Assembly (NCBI GenBank): GCA_951406725.2
Contig: OX597830.1
Coordinates: 52,638,001-52,702,000 of the forward strand
Source: Octopus vulgaris
Lineage: Eukaryota
Direction of reading: 5' to 3'
DNA length: 64,000 nucleotides
Shown: piece after piece, positions 11,210-25,570 of the stretch
Layout of the letters: the number at the start of each line of letters is the position of its first letter
Numbering within the stretch: position 1 is the stretch's first letter
Program-made: the position numbers and the translations under genes
The notes under the pieces: model-generated
Told to the model about the DNA's origin: nothing
Databases searched by the model: none
The model's input: the letters and a program-made list of their open reading frames with translations, nothing else

Positions 11210-14200
11210 GAATCGTTAGCATGCCGGGCTAAATGCTTAGCAGTATTTCGTCCACTGCTACCTTCTGAGTTCAAATTCCACTGAAGCTAACTTTGCCTTT
11301 CATCCTTTTGGGATCAATAAATTAAGTACCAGTGAAACACTGGGGTCGATGTCATCAATTAATCCCTTCCTCCCAAATTTGAGGCTTTGTGCCTCCAGTA
11401 GAAAGGATTATTATTATTATTATTATTAAGGTAGTGAGCTAGCAGAATCGTTAGCACGCTGGGCTAAATGCTTTGTGGCATTTCATCCATCCTTATGTTT
11501 TGAGTTCAAATTCCACCAGGGTCAACTTCACCTTTCATCCCTTTCAAAGGTCAATAAAATAAGTACCAGTTGTGTACTGGGGTCAGTGTAATTGACTTAG
11601 CCTCCTCCCCCTTATGCCAAAATTTGGAACCTTTATTGTTATTATTAATAGATGAACCCAGCTGAAGATTTTTAGCAGGGTTCCGACACCTGTAAAATAT
11701 TGGTGATTGCCAAAAGTCCAATTAATAGGGAATCACAAAAATATCAAATCCTTCTGATAAGACATGGGGCCAGTTTCTCGTTTTATTGGTTGGTCTTGTA
11801 GGCTGGTGTTCTGGTATGTTTTGTGATGAGGTGTCTAAGTATTCGTGGGTGGTAAGGTCATGTCAAAACTACATTATTTTAGGTATCTTTCGATTTCTAT
11901 AGCAGTAGTGTAATTTATGGAAAATTTATCTATTATTTCAAGCAAGTCAAGTGTTCAGTGAGTAGAACATGAGACTTGGTTGTCTGGGTCAGATCTGTGG
12001 TGATGTGTGCCAACATAGTGTATGTGGTTACATGTTCTGACATATTGTATATGGTGACATGGCTAGGTGTTTCTGGTTGGTTGGGCATGGTTGCGAGAAT
12101 AAGCCAGAATACTCCCAGGAATCATCTGTTTGACACAAAATTGATGAAAGCCATGGAAATTAGTTAATGTTTTGTTGATCTATTTCATGGTAAAAAAACA
12201 AAAATTGAAGAAACTCTGCAGAATATTAAATTAGATCGATATAATATATGGCAAATCTCTTGTATACATTTCCACAGTTGATGTAATCACTCTGGCAAAT
12301 CTATAGTCTATTGGGAAAATGTGATGGTGATGTTACAGGAGAAATGCAATATTAACACTTTCCTCGCTACATTTCTAACGAGTAAACAGCTGTCTGTTCC
12401 TTTTTATTTTAATTAATTTTTAATGTAATCACGATTTTAAAAGTGTTTGGTAAAATGTCTGTAACTTTATATTGTAAAATGCATTATGCTGGTGTTGACC
12501 AACTATTATATAGCATCATCATCATCATCATAGTTTTAATGTACTCTTTTTCCATGCTTGCATGGCTCAGAAGTAGTTCGTTGAGGCAAATTTTCTAATG
12601 GCTGATGCTCTTCCTCTCACAAACCAGACATGTTTTTTTGCAGAATATTACAAAACAAAACAAACAACACTGTTTGTATGATGGTGACACTTGTATACAA
12701 CTATTTTTTGAAACTTGTATTTATCAGGTGCAGGCATAGCTGTATGGTTATTAAGTCCACTTCACAATCATGTGGTTTGGGGTTCAGTTCCATTGCATTG
12801 CACCTTGGGCATGTGTCTTCTACTGTGACCATGAGTTAACCAATGTCTTACAAGTGAATTTGATGAACAAAAACTGTAAGAATCCCATTGTCTTCACCCT
12901 TACACATTCATTGCAAACAAATGATACTGTTTGTATGTTTGCAATCTGTCCCCAAAACATGTCCAGCCATTGAGTTGTTTATTGATTGTGGAACTGGTAG
13001 CAATGACAGCAGCAACTGGATCGTTATTGATGTTGTTGTTTACCCCACTCACTCCAGGAAATTGGGCAAGTTTCTGCCCTTTCTAGCTGACCAAGTGCCC
13101 ACCTAAAGATGTTGTTGTTGTATCTCACTGCTACTGTTGCTTGTGTGTTTTACTGAAATGTAGAAACTAAACCATTTTCAGGTTGTTCTCTGCTCAAAGT
13201 TCTGTTTCTGCCAAGACCCACTGTTGTCGCCAGAGGAACGCTCAATATCAACAATCATTTATGGTACCACTAAAAACAAATCTATTCTCCACAACTTTCT
13301 CTCTCTCAACACAAAGCATTTTTTTTTTCAATGCTTCACTGAAATTTTATCAAATTACCGTTCAAAGAATCACTTTTTGAACTTTATTTCGCTTTATATC
13401 TCATGGTGGCAGTGCTTTGAAATCAACTTGGTTTGTGTGTGTGTATGTGTTGGCATATTTGTATGTGCACATGTGGATGTGTCTATTTGTCGTATATTAG
13501 TGTGTGCATATGGATAGGTATGTATGTGTGTATTTGGTTATGTATGTATATTTGTACATGTTTGTCTGCTTGCAGATGTTATGTTGTGTGTGTGTTCATG
13601 TATTTGTGAATTCTATCAGTGTGTATGCTTGTGTGTGTGTTGTCTGCTTGTAATTGTGTATGTAACCTGTGTGTGTATTCATGTATGTGTATACTCTATC
13701 TGTACATTTGTGTGTATATGTTTGTGTAATGTATGTGGGTGCATGATAGAATTATACTTGAAAGATTTGCCCAGAAATATGTTTCAACATCATAGTTTTT
13801 ATGTATATATTTGTGTGTGTGTGTGTGTGTTTAGGTATGTGCATATGAAAGAATTTTTTTCCAAGACCAAACTAAAACTCTAAACAATTGCAAACCATTT
13901 CTAACCAATCTGCCATTCTTCCCACATTGAAACATCATAGTGAATCTGTCTCCTTTCTTAGTTTGTTAAAAACCATGTTCAAATTCCTGTTCAGTACGAT
14001 CTGTTCACTTTGTTAACATTCCATCGTTCAGTGTGATCTGTTCACTTAATGCTTTCTTATTCAATACGATCAGTTTGCACTGTTCAATGTGATGTATTTG
14101 TTTAGTTAAATCTCTATTGTTCAGAATGTTCCTTGTCCTGTTCACTCTTAACACTGTTGTTTAATGTGTTTTGTTTCAACAACAGCATTAACAAAACCAT

Positions 14201-17200
14201 TGTGATATGTTCACTTTGTTAACAATGCAAGTTCTGGTCATACTTATATACCTATTTTTTTCCTTTTTCCCCTCAACCACATGGTTCCAGGTTTAGTCCC
14301 ACAGTGTGGCATCTTAAGCAAGTATCTTCTACTAAAGCCTCCAAAGCCTTCTGAGTGGATCTAATTGACATAAACTGAAAGAAGCCTTTCATAATATATA
14401 TATATATGTATATGTCACCAAGATTTTCTCCTTATATAATAGTGATTAACCGGTGAAATTTTTGGATTATTTAATCCCTAATGAGGACATGACATCCTCA
14501 GATTGACATATATACATATAATATACACATGTATGTATGTATGTCTCTGTGTGTGTCTCTTTGTGTCTGTGTTTGTCCCTCACCAGCACTTGGCAACCGG
14601 TGTTGGTGTATTTATATCCCTGAAACTTAGTGGTTCAGAAAAAGAGACTGGTTGAATAAGTCCTGGGGGCAATTTGTTCAACTAAAACCCTTCAAGGCGG
14701 TGCCCCAGTATGGCTACAGTCAAATGACTGAAACAAGTAAAAGAAGATTTACCTTGTTTATCTCTATGTCAGTGCTGATCCCCCTGTCCTTTCTCCAGAG
14801 ATATTCCAACCATGTCCACCCTGCCTATTTTTTGATACAATGTACCTAGGACCATATTATATTAATGTGTCATTTACAAAAAAAAACAGTGATGTTTGAT
14901 TTGAGGGCAATTTGGTTGTTATTTCTAGTTAATGCATGCTGCCACATTTTCTGTCGTTGGCTTGTGTGTGTGTGTGTGTGTGTTATATCAGCGATGTGTG
15001 TGTACTTGATACATCTGTGTTGTGTCTCACACATGCATATAAGACAAGCCTACATACACACACTTTTTCTACCTGTTGAAACAGTGTTTATCATTGTCAT
15101 CAACACCAACACTATTATCTCTGCCTTCATTATCGTTCTCATCAACATTGTCATCTTGTCATTGTTGGTTATCTCAATTGACATGAGAGTCATCATGTTA
15201 TCGCAAACCCTTGTCATCATTCTCATCATCATTGACAGCAAAATTCATTATCATCAACTTCATTGTCACCATCATCATCACTCTTATCGGGCATCTTCAT
15301 TCCACTGTCATCACCACCACTGGTTCTATTATTACAATTGTCATGACTTCACCATTATCATCACCAGCATCACCCCCATCGCTACCATCACCACCACCCC
15401 TTTCACCCACCATCACCACCATCATTATCACCAGCTTCATACTGCTTGTTATTCCATGATAACAAATTTGCTACTACTTCCTGTTGTGAAAATTCTTCGT
15501 TAACATTAGTACAATTAAATACCTTCTGTGTTTCTTCTTCTACTACAAAACTATTTTGGCACAAAATTCTTCATGCTGTTGAATGCACCACCACCATCAG
15601 CACCATCCTGTCCCTACTCTACCCCCCCCCCACCTCCAGAACTAGTTAGCGCTGTCTGACAGCAATTTGGAAGCAATGTCTTATCAGTGATATATCACAG
15701 CTTCCTGAGGCTGGGGTGGGTAACTCCTTGTTGCTCTACCCCTGGGATATTCAACAATCTTAACCCCCACTGCCAACAACTTAACGATGCAGAAATAACA
15801 TCATAAGGTGGTGGACGAAATTATTACACAACATGAAAATGTGTTTAATGACATAAATAATTAAAATCATACACTTAATGACATGAATCGCTTTAAATAC
15901 ATCCCATCATTTTTTTTATTATTATTTTACTGACAAATAATGTTATATCTTCTAGTTTGACTTTTCCTTAAAACAGGCACACACACACACACGTGTGTGT
16001 GTGTATGCATCAACCGGATAGAGAGCATTGTACATCTTAATTCACCTTGATTGAGTGTAATTCATGAAAGAGCTTAATTTACAAACAGTTATAAATATTT
16101 TTGGTGGTGTGACATAAAGTCTCTGGTAATAAAAATATTGCAAGAAAAAAAAACAATATATCATATTAAATCGAATATGCATATATACTTCCTTATATAT
16201 ATATATCACATACTTAGTGACTTAGAAGTTACTTTGGAACCTGGAGTTGTATAGCATTTATCATCTTATCAGGATTACTTCGTTAATTTTGATATGAGAT
16301 AAGCTGTCTGATACAATGATTAAAAAATTTCATTAATCAAGAATTTTTTCTTTTAGTTCTATACAAGCCATATATATGCTAACTAGCCATAGACTATGAT
16401 CAGCTGGATCTCATGTGTGTTTGTGTGTGTATAGACACACACATGCATATACACATTTATACATATATGTGTATATGAATGGGCACACACACACACACAC
16501 AATCGTTTACTGTCCGTTTTCCATGCTGGCATGGATTGGAAGGTCTGACAGGTTCCAGCAAGCTGCAGAATATACTGAGCTCCAGTGTCAGCTTGGTTTT
16601 TTTGGGGGTTTTTTTTTCAATGGTTGAGTATCCTTCCTAATGCCAACCTTACTTACGGTCTGTACCGGGTACTTTTTTGCATGCCATGGGTACCAGTGAG
16701 GTCACTTTTAAGTTACAAGACAGAAAAGGATGGAGAAGGGAATAAAAAAAAATCTACTCAAGTGAGGTGGGTAGCTTTATGCCAGGTGCTTTGAGAAGCT
16801 AAAGTATAATAGAGGGATGATACAGGGCTACCTTTCATCACATATGACTGATGACTGTGTAGTAGTGAGAAGATGAAGATGGTGGTGATGGGGTGCCAAA
16901 GCAAACTCTCAAGGTACAAAAAGATGAGCATAAGAGAGGATATGGTCAGTGGGTCAGGGGGTGAGAAGAGGAGTGTGAGGGGCCTGATAGGAGTAGAGGT
17001 GGATGTGTTGAATGATGGAAAATACCTGCATGGAACAGGGTTAGGCAAGGGTGATAGCAATGGTTTATGAAGGAAAATATATCATAAGGTGCAGTGGGGT
17101 GATGTGCAAGGTAGAGGAGTAGCTGAGGTAGAGATTGTGGGGTACATAAGGCTATATATATATATAAGGTGGCAAGCTGGCAGAATCGTTAGCAAGTGTC

Positions 17201-17279
17201 TTCTACTATAGCCTCGGGCTGACCAAAGCCTTGGGAGTGGATTTGGTAGACGGAAATGGAAAGAAGCCCATCATATATA

Positions 17280-17333
<54 letters not shown>

Positions 17334-17521
17334 TATGTGTGTGTATGTGTATGCTGCCAAGCTTTGCCAGTATAGAGTTTAGGTAGGTAGGTCTCTGGTC
17401 AGTTGGATTTGGAAACAGCAAATGGCTAACTGAACATTAGTGGTTGTTATATGATGTAGTGATGTGGTGGTAGGGGATTAGTTAGACTAATGGTGAGTGG
17501 GTGACTGATATCTCTGTTAAA

Positions 17522-17752
17522 GGCGGCGAGCTGGCAGAAATGTTAGCACGCCGGGCAAAATGCTTAGCAGTATTTCGTCTGCCGTTACGTTCTGAGTTCA
17601 AATTCCGCCGAGGTCGACTTTGCCTTTCATCCTTTCGGGGTCGTTAAATTAAGTACCAGTTACGCACTGGGATCGATATAATCGACTTAATCCGTTTGTC
17701 TGTCCTTGTTTGTCCACTCTATGTTTAGCCCCTTGTGGGTAGTAAAGAAATA
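17522..17752 (+). mobile_element. SINE family A
   Basis: Full-length copy; TATCTCTGT duplicated at the flanks. Confidence 0.85.
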
Positions 17753-17829
17753 GGTATCTCTGTAAAATAATGGTGATGTGTCAATGACTGATATCTCTGT
17801 AAAGAGATGATGTAGTAGTGGCGGGTGGG

Positions 17830-18215
17830 GGGACTGACATCTGTGTGTGCGTGTAGTGAGACAGTGACATCTGTGTGTGTGTGTGTGTGTGTGGAGTGAG
17901 ACTGTAACATCTGTGTGTGTGTATGGAGTGAGACTGTGACATCTGTGTGTGTAGAGTGTGACTGTGATATTTGTGTATGGAGAGAGAGAGAGCCTGTGAA
18001 ATTTATGTGTTTGTAGAGAGAGAGAGAAAGAGAGCCTGTGACGTTTGCGGTTGTAGAGAGAAAGAGAGAGACTGAGATTTATGTGTGTGTGTAGAAAGAG
18101 AGAGACTATGACACTTGTGTGTAAAGAGAAAAATTATGATGTTTGCGTATTGAGAGAGAGAGACTGTGACATCGGTGTGCTGAGAGAGAGAGAGAGAGAC
18201 TATGTTGCCTGTGTA
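17830..18215 (+). repeat. Degenerate minisatellite (GAGACTGTGACATCTGTGTG core)
   Basis: More than ten variable ~30-bp units. Confidence 0.8.
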
Positions 18216-18981
18216 GAGGTTGTGTTCAATGTTATCCACATATGTACCAATTATCTCTAATCTCCTCAGGTATTCTACCTGTTGACATTTAAGTCATACC
18301 ACCTGAAAGCCTAGATTTTATTCACATCCTTTCTCTGTGTGTGTGTGTGTATGTGTGTGCACATACATACAGAAGAAACATGTTAATATATTTATTTTGA
18401 TTCCATGTTTATTCATGCATGGTGGTGGTGGTGGCAGTTAAATATCCTGTTGCCAAACATATTGAACAAGCACTGAACCATGCAAGTTCCATGAATTCTT
18501 TCCACCACCAAACACAACACAAACCAACAATGTAGTGGTTAAACCTGCTCAAAATAGCACCAAATCTCTTTAATATCACATCCTACCATCATGTTTTAAA
18601 AGGGGAAGGACCAAATCCGTCCTTCCTTATTTCCCTACATGTCATTTTCACATTGTGCCTTGACCTGACCAAATATTTACTTTATGTTGTGTCATGATCT
18701 ACAAACAAATATTATTTCACAAATGCTGTTATTATAAGTCTTTGGGTGGGATGAATAGAAATCTTTAAATTTTTGGTATTTTCTTTCTCCTATATTTTAT
18801 GGTGGATTATTTTGTAAATATGGTAATTTTATTCTGTTTGTGTGGAAAATTATCGTTTTAAATTTAAAAAAAAAAAGCTTAAAATTGTAATACACTCATA
18901 ACACAACTCATACAAATGCACACACACACTCTCACACACCAGAGGTCAACACAACCAATGCAAATGGCCATGCTAAATTTA

Positions 18982-19016
<35 letters not shown>

Positions 19017-19019
19017 TAT

Positions 19020-19326
19020 TTATGTGCCCTTTTCAAGCCTAGCCAGGCTCATGGGCCCAGCTTCCTGGTTTCTGTGGCGTATGTGTCCCCCCCCCCCCAC
19101 CAGCTGGACGGGATGCCAGTCCATAGCGTTACTCAAGAAACAGGAAGAAAGAGTGAGAAAAAGTTGGAGCAAAAGAGTACAACAGGGGTCGTCACCACCC
19201 CCTGCCGGAGCCTCATGGAGCTTTAGGTGTTTTCGCTCAGTAAACACACACAATGCCCGGTCTGGGAATCGAAACTGTGATCCTCCAACCGCGAGTCCGC
19301 TGCCCTAACCACTGGGCCATTGCACC
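19020..19326 (-). mobile_element. tRNA-like SINE family D
   Basis: Minus strand GGTGCAATGGCCCAGTGGTTAGGGCAGCGGACT..GTTTCGATTCCC; body AAAACACCTAAAGCTCCATGAGGCTC also at about 4415-4440 (+). Confidence 0.75.
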
Positions 19327-19339
19327 TTTATATATATAT

Positions 19340-19709
19340 AAGTAAATAAATGGAGTTGAACGCAGGTGTTATTCAAATTCTTTTACTTTCGACATATGTT
19401 TCGAAGACAACATTGGTTTTATTCCAAAGGAATAAACGGTGTAAAATGCAATCTTGTCATCAGGAAAGAAAGAGAACCTATCTCAACAACAAGACATTAT
19501 AACAATTTTGATGACTGCATAAATGATAAACAGAACGTTTAACTCCATTTATTTACTTATACTACACAAATTACGGCACATTAACCCGGAGTTTCTACCT
19601 TTGAATAGGTCGCTACATCCTTGTTACTTGCATGAATTTTGCTACCCTGGTAACTGTTTGTTGAATTTTCCATGTTAACTGTAAACAAAGGATAATTCAT
19701 TCATCCATT

Positions 19710-19711
<2 letters not shown>
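19340..19711. mobile_element. Second copy of the hammerhead-bearing inverted element, in (TA)n
   Basis: TAAGTAAATAAATGGAGTTGAACG is inverted at about 19536-19559; tail homologous to the reverse complement of 43292-43360; (TA)n flanks. Confidence 0.55.
19378..19476 (-). ncRNA. Type I hammerhead ribozyme motif, same family as 43705
   Basis: Minus strand: CTTTC-CTGATGA-CAAGA..TTTATTCC TTT GGAATAAA..TCTTC-GAAAC-ATAT-GTC-GAAAG; the first stem II pair is a C-C mismatch. Confidence 0.75.
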
Positions 19712-19745
<34 letters not shown>

Positions 19746-20200
19746 CATATATATACATATCAGCATCATTTAAATGCCCATGTACCATGCTGACATGGGT
19801 TGCATGGTTTGACAAGATCCAGTGGTGCAAGGACTGCATCATGATTCCGTGTCTGCTTTGGCATGGTTTTACAGGAGTAATTGGCTGGTGCTGGAAAGAG
19901 ATGGAATGTGTGTATAGATAGATGCATAGATACTAGTGCATGACCTGTTGTTTTATGCCTGGATTAAGTAATACTTCTTGAAATATAGGTATATATGCAA
20001 AAAAGAATTAAGTAAATGAAGGTAAAAGTAGATTGAAATAATTTTTACCTCTTGAAAAAGAAGCATTTAATAGGTCAAAATGCATTTTGATCTTTTAGAA
20101 AAAGTTTTTTTTACTGCATCTACTTTTGTAAAGCTCATTGGCATTTTTCTGACATATTTTCTCTCTAAAGAGTGAATTTAGTCTGTGGAGCAGTTGAGAT

Positions 20201-20462
20201 ATAATAATAATAATAATGAAATTATTGTATACAGTGCTCAGGTTCACCACAGCTTGTCAAAAGTGCATATAAAGCATATGCAGTAATGTACAAATGTCTG
20301 GGAAGTGAACTGTGTATGAGTCAGATACATTCTTGCGTGTGTATGGAGGGGAGAAAATCAGGTGTAGTGTTGGCGAATCTCAGGAAGCATGGAAGTTTTG
20401 AAGGATGCACTGCTCCGACAACTAACAACAGCAGTTTGTTCCATGCTTCAGCAACTCTTAGC
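20201..20462 (-). mobile_element. 3' end of the same CR1/L2-type LINE
   Basis: Reverse complement matches 60484-60755, with an (ATT)n tail. Confidence 0.8.
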
Positions 20463-21597
20463 ATATATATAAAAAAAAGTAAGAAAAAAATCATTTAACT
20501 GTTTTTTTTTTAATGGTTGAATGGAGGAAACCGAGGTGGACAGTGTTTGTGGGTTGTATAGGTTAATTGTGTATTGGGTGAGAGCTAGAAGTAAAAACAG
20601 TGATAGACAGGTGGACAGATCAATCAGGTGATAAAAACAGTGATAGATATTATAAAGGTTGAATGTCTGGAAACAATGCTTTGCAGTATTTTGTTCTGGC
20701 TTTTTAGATTCTTAGTTCAAATCCCACCAAGGCTGACTATGCTTTTTGTCCTTTTGAGGATGATAGAATAATGTACTGATCAAATATATGGGTCAGTGGT
20801 ATTGGCTAAACCTTGTGCCTGTATCATAAACCATTATTGAGATGGTAACCTGGCTGAATTGTTAGAGTGATGAAGATAAATGCTTAGTGATATTTTTTTC
20901 TGATTCGTTACATTCTGAGTTCAAATTCTGCACTGGTCAGCTTTGCTTTCATCCCGCCAAGGTCAGTAAAATAAAAGTACAAATCAAATACTGGGGTTGT
21001 CCTCTCCCCCTAAAAATTGCTAGTCCTGTGCCAAAATTTTAAACAGTTCTTCTGATCATCATCATCATCATCATTAAGGTATGGAGCTGAAAGAATTGTT
21101 AGAGTATGAGAAAATAGTGCCTGGTGGTATTTCTTCTGGTTCTTCACATTCAGAGTTCAAATCCCAGTGAGGTCAGCTTTGCCTTTCATCCCTTTTGGAG
21201 CTGATAAAATAAAATACCAGTCACATACTGGGGTCAGTGGTATCAACTAGACCCCTATCCTCAAAACTGCTGGCTTTGCACCTAAATCGGAAACTGCCAT
21301 CCTCATCATCATTGCACCACTAAATCACTACTCCACCACCACGTCACTGCACCATCCCTACCACTATATCACCCTCCTCCCTCTCCACCACCATAACTAC
21401 CACACCACTTAAGGAACATAGATTCCTTAGAAATGCACCAACATGGTGAGTGGCACCAACCATTCCTGTAGAACATTATAATGTTATCTTGTGTGATTGT
21501 TGGGATTCTCTCAGCAATGAAACGTTAAGAGATAAGAGAGGCTATATGTCACTGTTATTATGTATATATATTGTTATTGATGTCATATGTGTGTGTG

Positions 21598-21643
<46 letters not shown>

Positions 21644-21835
21644 AACACACACACACATACATGCATACATACATAACACACACTACTCTGATGTATTTAC
21701 CACTTACATTTTTTTTTGTACAGATTTGTCTTGCTTTGATTTTCTTCTACCATCCCCTCCACCCTTCCACTACACATAACTTTTATTTGTTATTATTATC
21801 ATTATTATTATTATTATTGTTATTATTATTATTAA

Positions 21836-22054
21836 CCTTTTGATACCAACCTACCTGAGATCACCCCTGCTTTTATGATGCAAACCTCCTGTTTTAAAGT
21901 CGTTTAAATTGAAACCTTCCATCAAAATTCCAATGGTAATTCCTGTTCCAAACACCTGCTCAATAGTGACAGTTATTTCACTAAAATTCTTCACTTTTCA
22001 AAATCATTTAAAACAGAGGCAATTTTATTGCAATAGAAATATGGTAACAAAAGG
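21836..22054. mobile_element. Older copy of the TTAA MITE
   Basis: TTAA CCTTTTGATACCAAC ... TGGTAACAAAAGGA TTAA, with a diverged body. Confidence 0.7.
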
Positions 22055-22589
22055 ATTAAGAGAGAAAGCTGGCGGAATTGTTAGCACACCAGACAAAATG
22101 CTTAGCAGCATTTCATCTGTCTTAACATTCTGAGTTCAAATGCTACTGAGGTCAATTTCACATTTCATCCTTTCAGGGTCAGTAAAATAAAGTATCTGTC
22201 AAGTACTGGGGTCGGTATAATTGTCTGGCTTCCTCCTGTCAAAAGCTGCTGGCCTTGTGCCAAAATTTCTAAAGATTATTATAGATGTCACAGTATACAA
22301 TATTGTGATGTTGTTGATTGAAGATATTGTGTGTACTGGGGATTTGTGCTGTTAAACAGACATCACTTTATGTTGTATGCATGTAATTCCAAGTAATGTC
22401 AATTTTCACAATATACCAAGATTGTAAAGTATTTCTGAAGTGTTCAGATGTTTCTGTAGGTTAGGTGGTTTTGAACCTAATGCTCTAACGACAACAGGAA
22501 CAGCCTTCAAGTTTGATTCTCACTGCTGCCACATCTTGACAATCTCAATTATTATTATTATTATCATTTTTTCTTTATCACAGATTTTG

Positions 22590-23400
22590 TTGTAGCTCCT
22601 GGAATCTTGCATGCATACTGGGCTTTTACTACCTGCAGCCTACGGTACCATGCTATTCGTTCTTTTCAGTTATCTAATACTTTCCTGATTATTTTGGTCA
22701 TGCCAAAGAGGCAAATCTTTTGTAAAAGTTCTACTGAGCACTCTATTCCAATTTCCTTTATATTCCTCTTGATGCCTTCTGATACTGTTCCCAAGGACCC
22801 AACAATAATTGACACTATCTTCACCATCTTCATTTTCCATAGCTGGGCTATTTCGTACTTAAGAGGGTTGTATCTATCTTTTTGCCTTCCTTCTTGACTA
22901 TTTGTCTGTCAAAGGGTCATGCAACATCAACTATATAGCATATGTAGTGCACCTTGTCCACCACCACCACCACTAGGTCCGGTCTGTTATACTCTAGAAC
23001 CTGATCTGTTTGGATTGGGAAATCCCAGAGGATTTTGCTAGTCTCTGACTCCATCACTCTCTGTGATTTGTGCTCATACCACCTCTTGCCTCTCTCCAGC
23101 CCCCACTTTCCGCACAGTTTCCAATGTAGCACTTTCGCTACCTGGTCATGTCGCCACAACTTGTAGTGGTTTTGGGCAAGTCTAGGTCATTCATTCATGA
23201 TATAGGTAATGGTTCATCCCCTCTATTGCAAATGCAGCACAGCAGAGACACTTGCTCATTCCTAAGCTTCATCTTACACTGCCAGTATAGTGTTCTCGGT
23301 CTCTTTTTTTTTTAGAGTTCCTTTCATCAGTCAATCCCATCTGTGTTTTCCAGCAACTTCTGTTGCGACTACATGGAATTGATTGTGTAGTTCCTTCTTG
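22590..23400 (-). mobile_element. Degenerate RLE-endonuclease LINE fragment (R4/NeSL-like)
   Basis: WRHDQVAKVLHWKLC..WYEHK..KILWDFPIQTD....NRPDLVVVDK..IVDVA: RHD and RPD motifs of restriction-like endonuclease non-LTR elements; frameshifted. Confidence 0.8.
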
Positions 23401-24349
23401 CATAATTCTTCTTCATGTCCTTTTTTTTACTTCTTCCTTTGTTTTCCATTTTTTCTCTGCTCTCAATTCTGAAGCATCAGTTGGTCCCGTATCTTCATCC
23501 AAATATTGCTCCAGAGTTAAGTCCTGAGTTATGGTTCATTCGCCCTCATCCCAGGCATGAAGCCATTGGACACTGACAGGTTGTCACCACTGTAACTAAG
23601 GCGTCCTATCTACCCCAGTTTTAAATCTAGACTGACTGCCTGCCAAGGCTCACAAGTTTTGTCTATCCATTTGTGGAATGGCCATTGACTCGTTTTTAAT
23701 CCCACAGGGTGTCAAAGATCCACTCTCCCCACCAAGCAAGCTTAGTGGGGTTGCTGGTTTAGTCGCCAACAACTTAACAGTTTCACAACGCTACTATTAT
23801 TATTATTATTCATTTAATATCCATTTTCCATGCTGGTCTAGATTATTAAGTTAGATAGGATCCAGCAAGCTCTAAGGCCACATCAAGATCCAGTGTCAGC
23901 TTTGGCACAGTTTCTATGAATGGATGTCCTTCCTAATGCCAATCACTTTACAGAGTGTAGTGGGTGCTTTTTGCCTTCCACCAGCACCAGCAAGGTTGCT
24001 GAGTAATTTACAAAGCATGATGGTAGATGTGAGAAAGCACCGAAAGTGACAGCAGGTAAGAGAAGTGTTAAGAATGAAGTACAGCAGAGGAGAACAATGA
24101 CTGAAGGCAGAAAAGGAGGTGATTGATGAAAATAGCATCAGCATGGATGGTAATGAGAAATGGTAGTGGTTCCATGGAGGGAGATGTAATATGTGCCTAT
24201 TTTGCTTTTAGGTGATTATGGTCACCAAGTAGGGTCACAAATAGAGAAGTGATGGGTGTTAGGGAATGAGACGTGGGGAAATGCCTGACAGAGTAGAGAG
24301 AAGGAAAAAAGGGTCAGGACCCTCACATGTACAAGCATAACCAAGGTGG

Positions 24350-25570
24350 TTTTAGGCTATCATTTCTGCTGTGATGGACAGGTGTTCTTGAGCATAGCAA
24401 ATTGCCAATCACCTCATTCCTTTGTCATCTCCTCTGTAAGGTTCAGCATCTTGAGACCAGCATTCACTACTTCATCCTATGTTTTCCTGGGTCTCCTTCT
24501 TCCACAAGTTCCATAAGCAATCAGTACTTCTTTATGCAGCTGTCCTCATACATACACATCATGTGACTAAACCAGCACAGTCTTCTCTCTTGCACACTAC
24601 ATCTAATTTCTCTTATGGCTAATTTTTCTCTCAGTCCATTATCACTTTATCACACATGCACACTGACATAGCACAGCCAATGGAGCATACTAGCTTCATT
24701 CCTCTCTAGACTTCACATATCCTCTGCATTCAAGGTCCACATCTTACTACCCTGTGGTTTCATTGTACATACAAAAACATCATCCAATCTGCCTTTTCCC
24801 TCTGATGTGAACAGAGATAATAGCTCTCAGAATTTTCTCCATCCTATTCTTATTCTAGCAACTACACTTTCTGAACATTCTCCTCCACTGCTAATTCGGT
24901 TTCCTAGGTAACAGAAATTATCCCCTACCTCTAAGAAGCCTCCAGGGCACTTAAGAAAATCAATTTCCCTTGAATCATTAGTCTCTATAGCTCATGTACA
25001 TCTTCTACATAAAAGCATAACTTAACCCATTAACCTTCCTGTGCTTCCACTGCACCTCATGTGTGTTCATAGCTTGCATTAAGTGCACCATATGAGATTC
25101 CTGCCAGCACCTTTCTTACATCTCAAGCAGGGCCATTTACCTGAAATGGAGAGGGTCCTGTCTGTTTTCTTGCTTACTAGAATTTTGGTCTTTGCTAAGT
25201 AAACTCTAAGACTCTTCAATTCCAGATTTTGCTTCCTCACCTGGAATTTCTTTACGAATAGTCTTACAGATTCCACTGTGAGTAAAATCATCAGCATATA
25301 GAAGTTTCCAGCTGGTCTTAAATTCCTCTGTTATGGCCTAGAGAACAATGGTAATTAGTAGGGGGCTGAGAACCGAGCCCTGGTGAATGCCTATCTGCAC
25401 ACTAACATCATCACTATACTCATGGCTTATTCTCACCTTACTGACAGCACCTCTGTACATAAGCCATTCTTTTATCCTCAACCTTCTTCAGAGACTACCA
25501 TATCACAGAGAAGGGACTCTGTTGAGAACTTTCTACAGGTTAGCGAATGCCAAGTACAATGGTTTGTTCT
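24350..25570 (-). mobile_element. Degenerate RTE-clade LINE ORF2 fragment
   Basis: LE.KSLRV.LAKTKILVSKK..GKWPCLRCKKGAGRNLIWCT, plus a decayed GRPRKT-like C-terminus near 24480-24500; many stops. Confidence 0.7.

Noticed and set aside
14865-15503. 212-aa His/Ile-rich ORF
   Set aside because: Derived from a degenerate (CAT/CAC)n tract; no recognisable domain.
19933-20655. Possible Helitron (CTAG at 19933) interrupted by a LINE tail
   Set aside because: Subterminal hairpin is weak and no clear 5' TC end was found.
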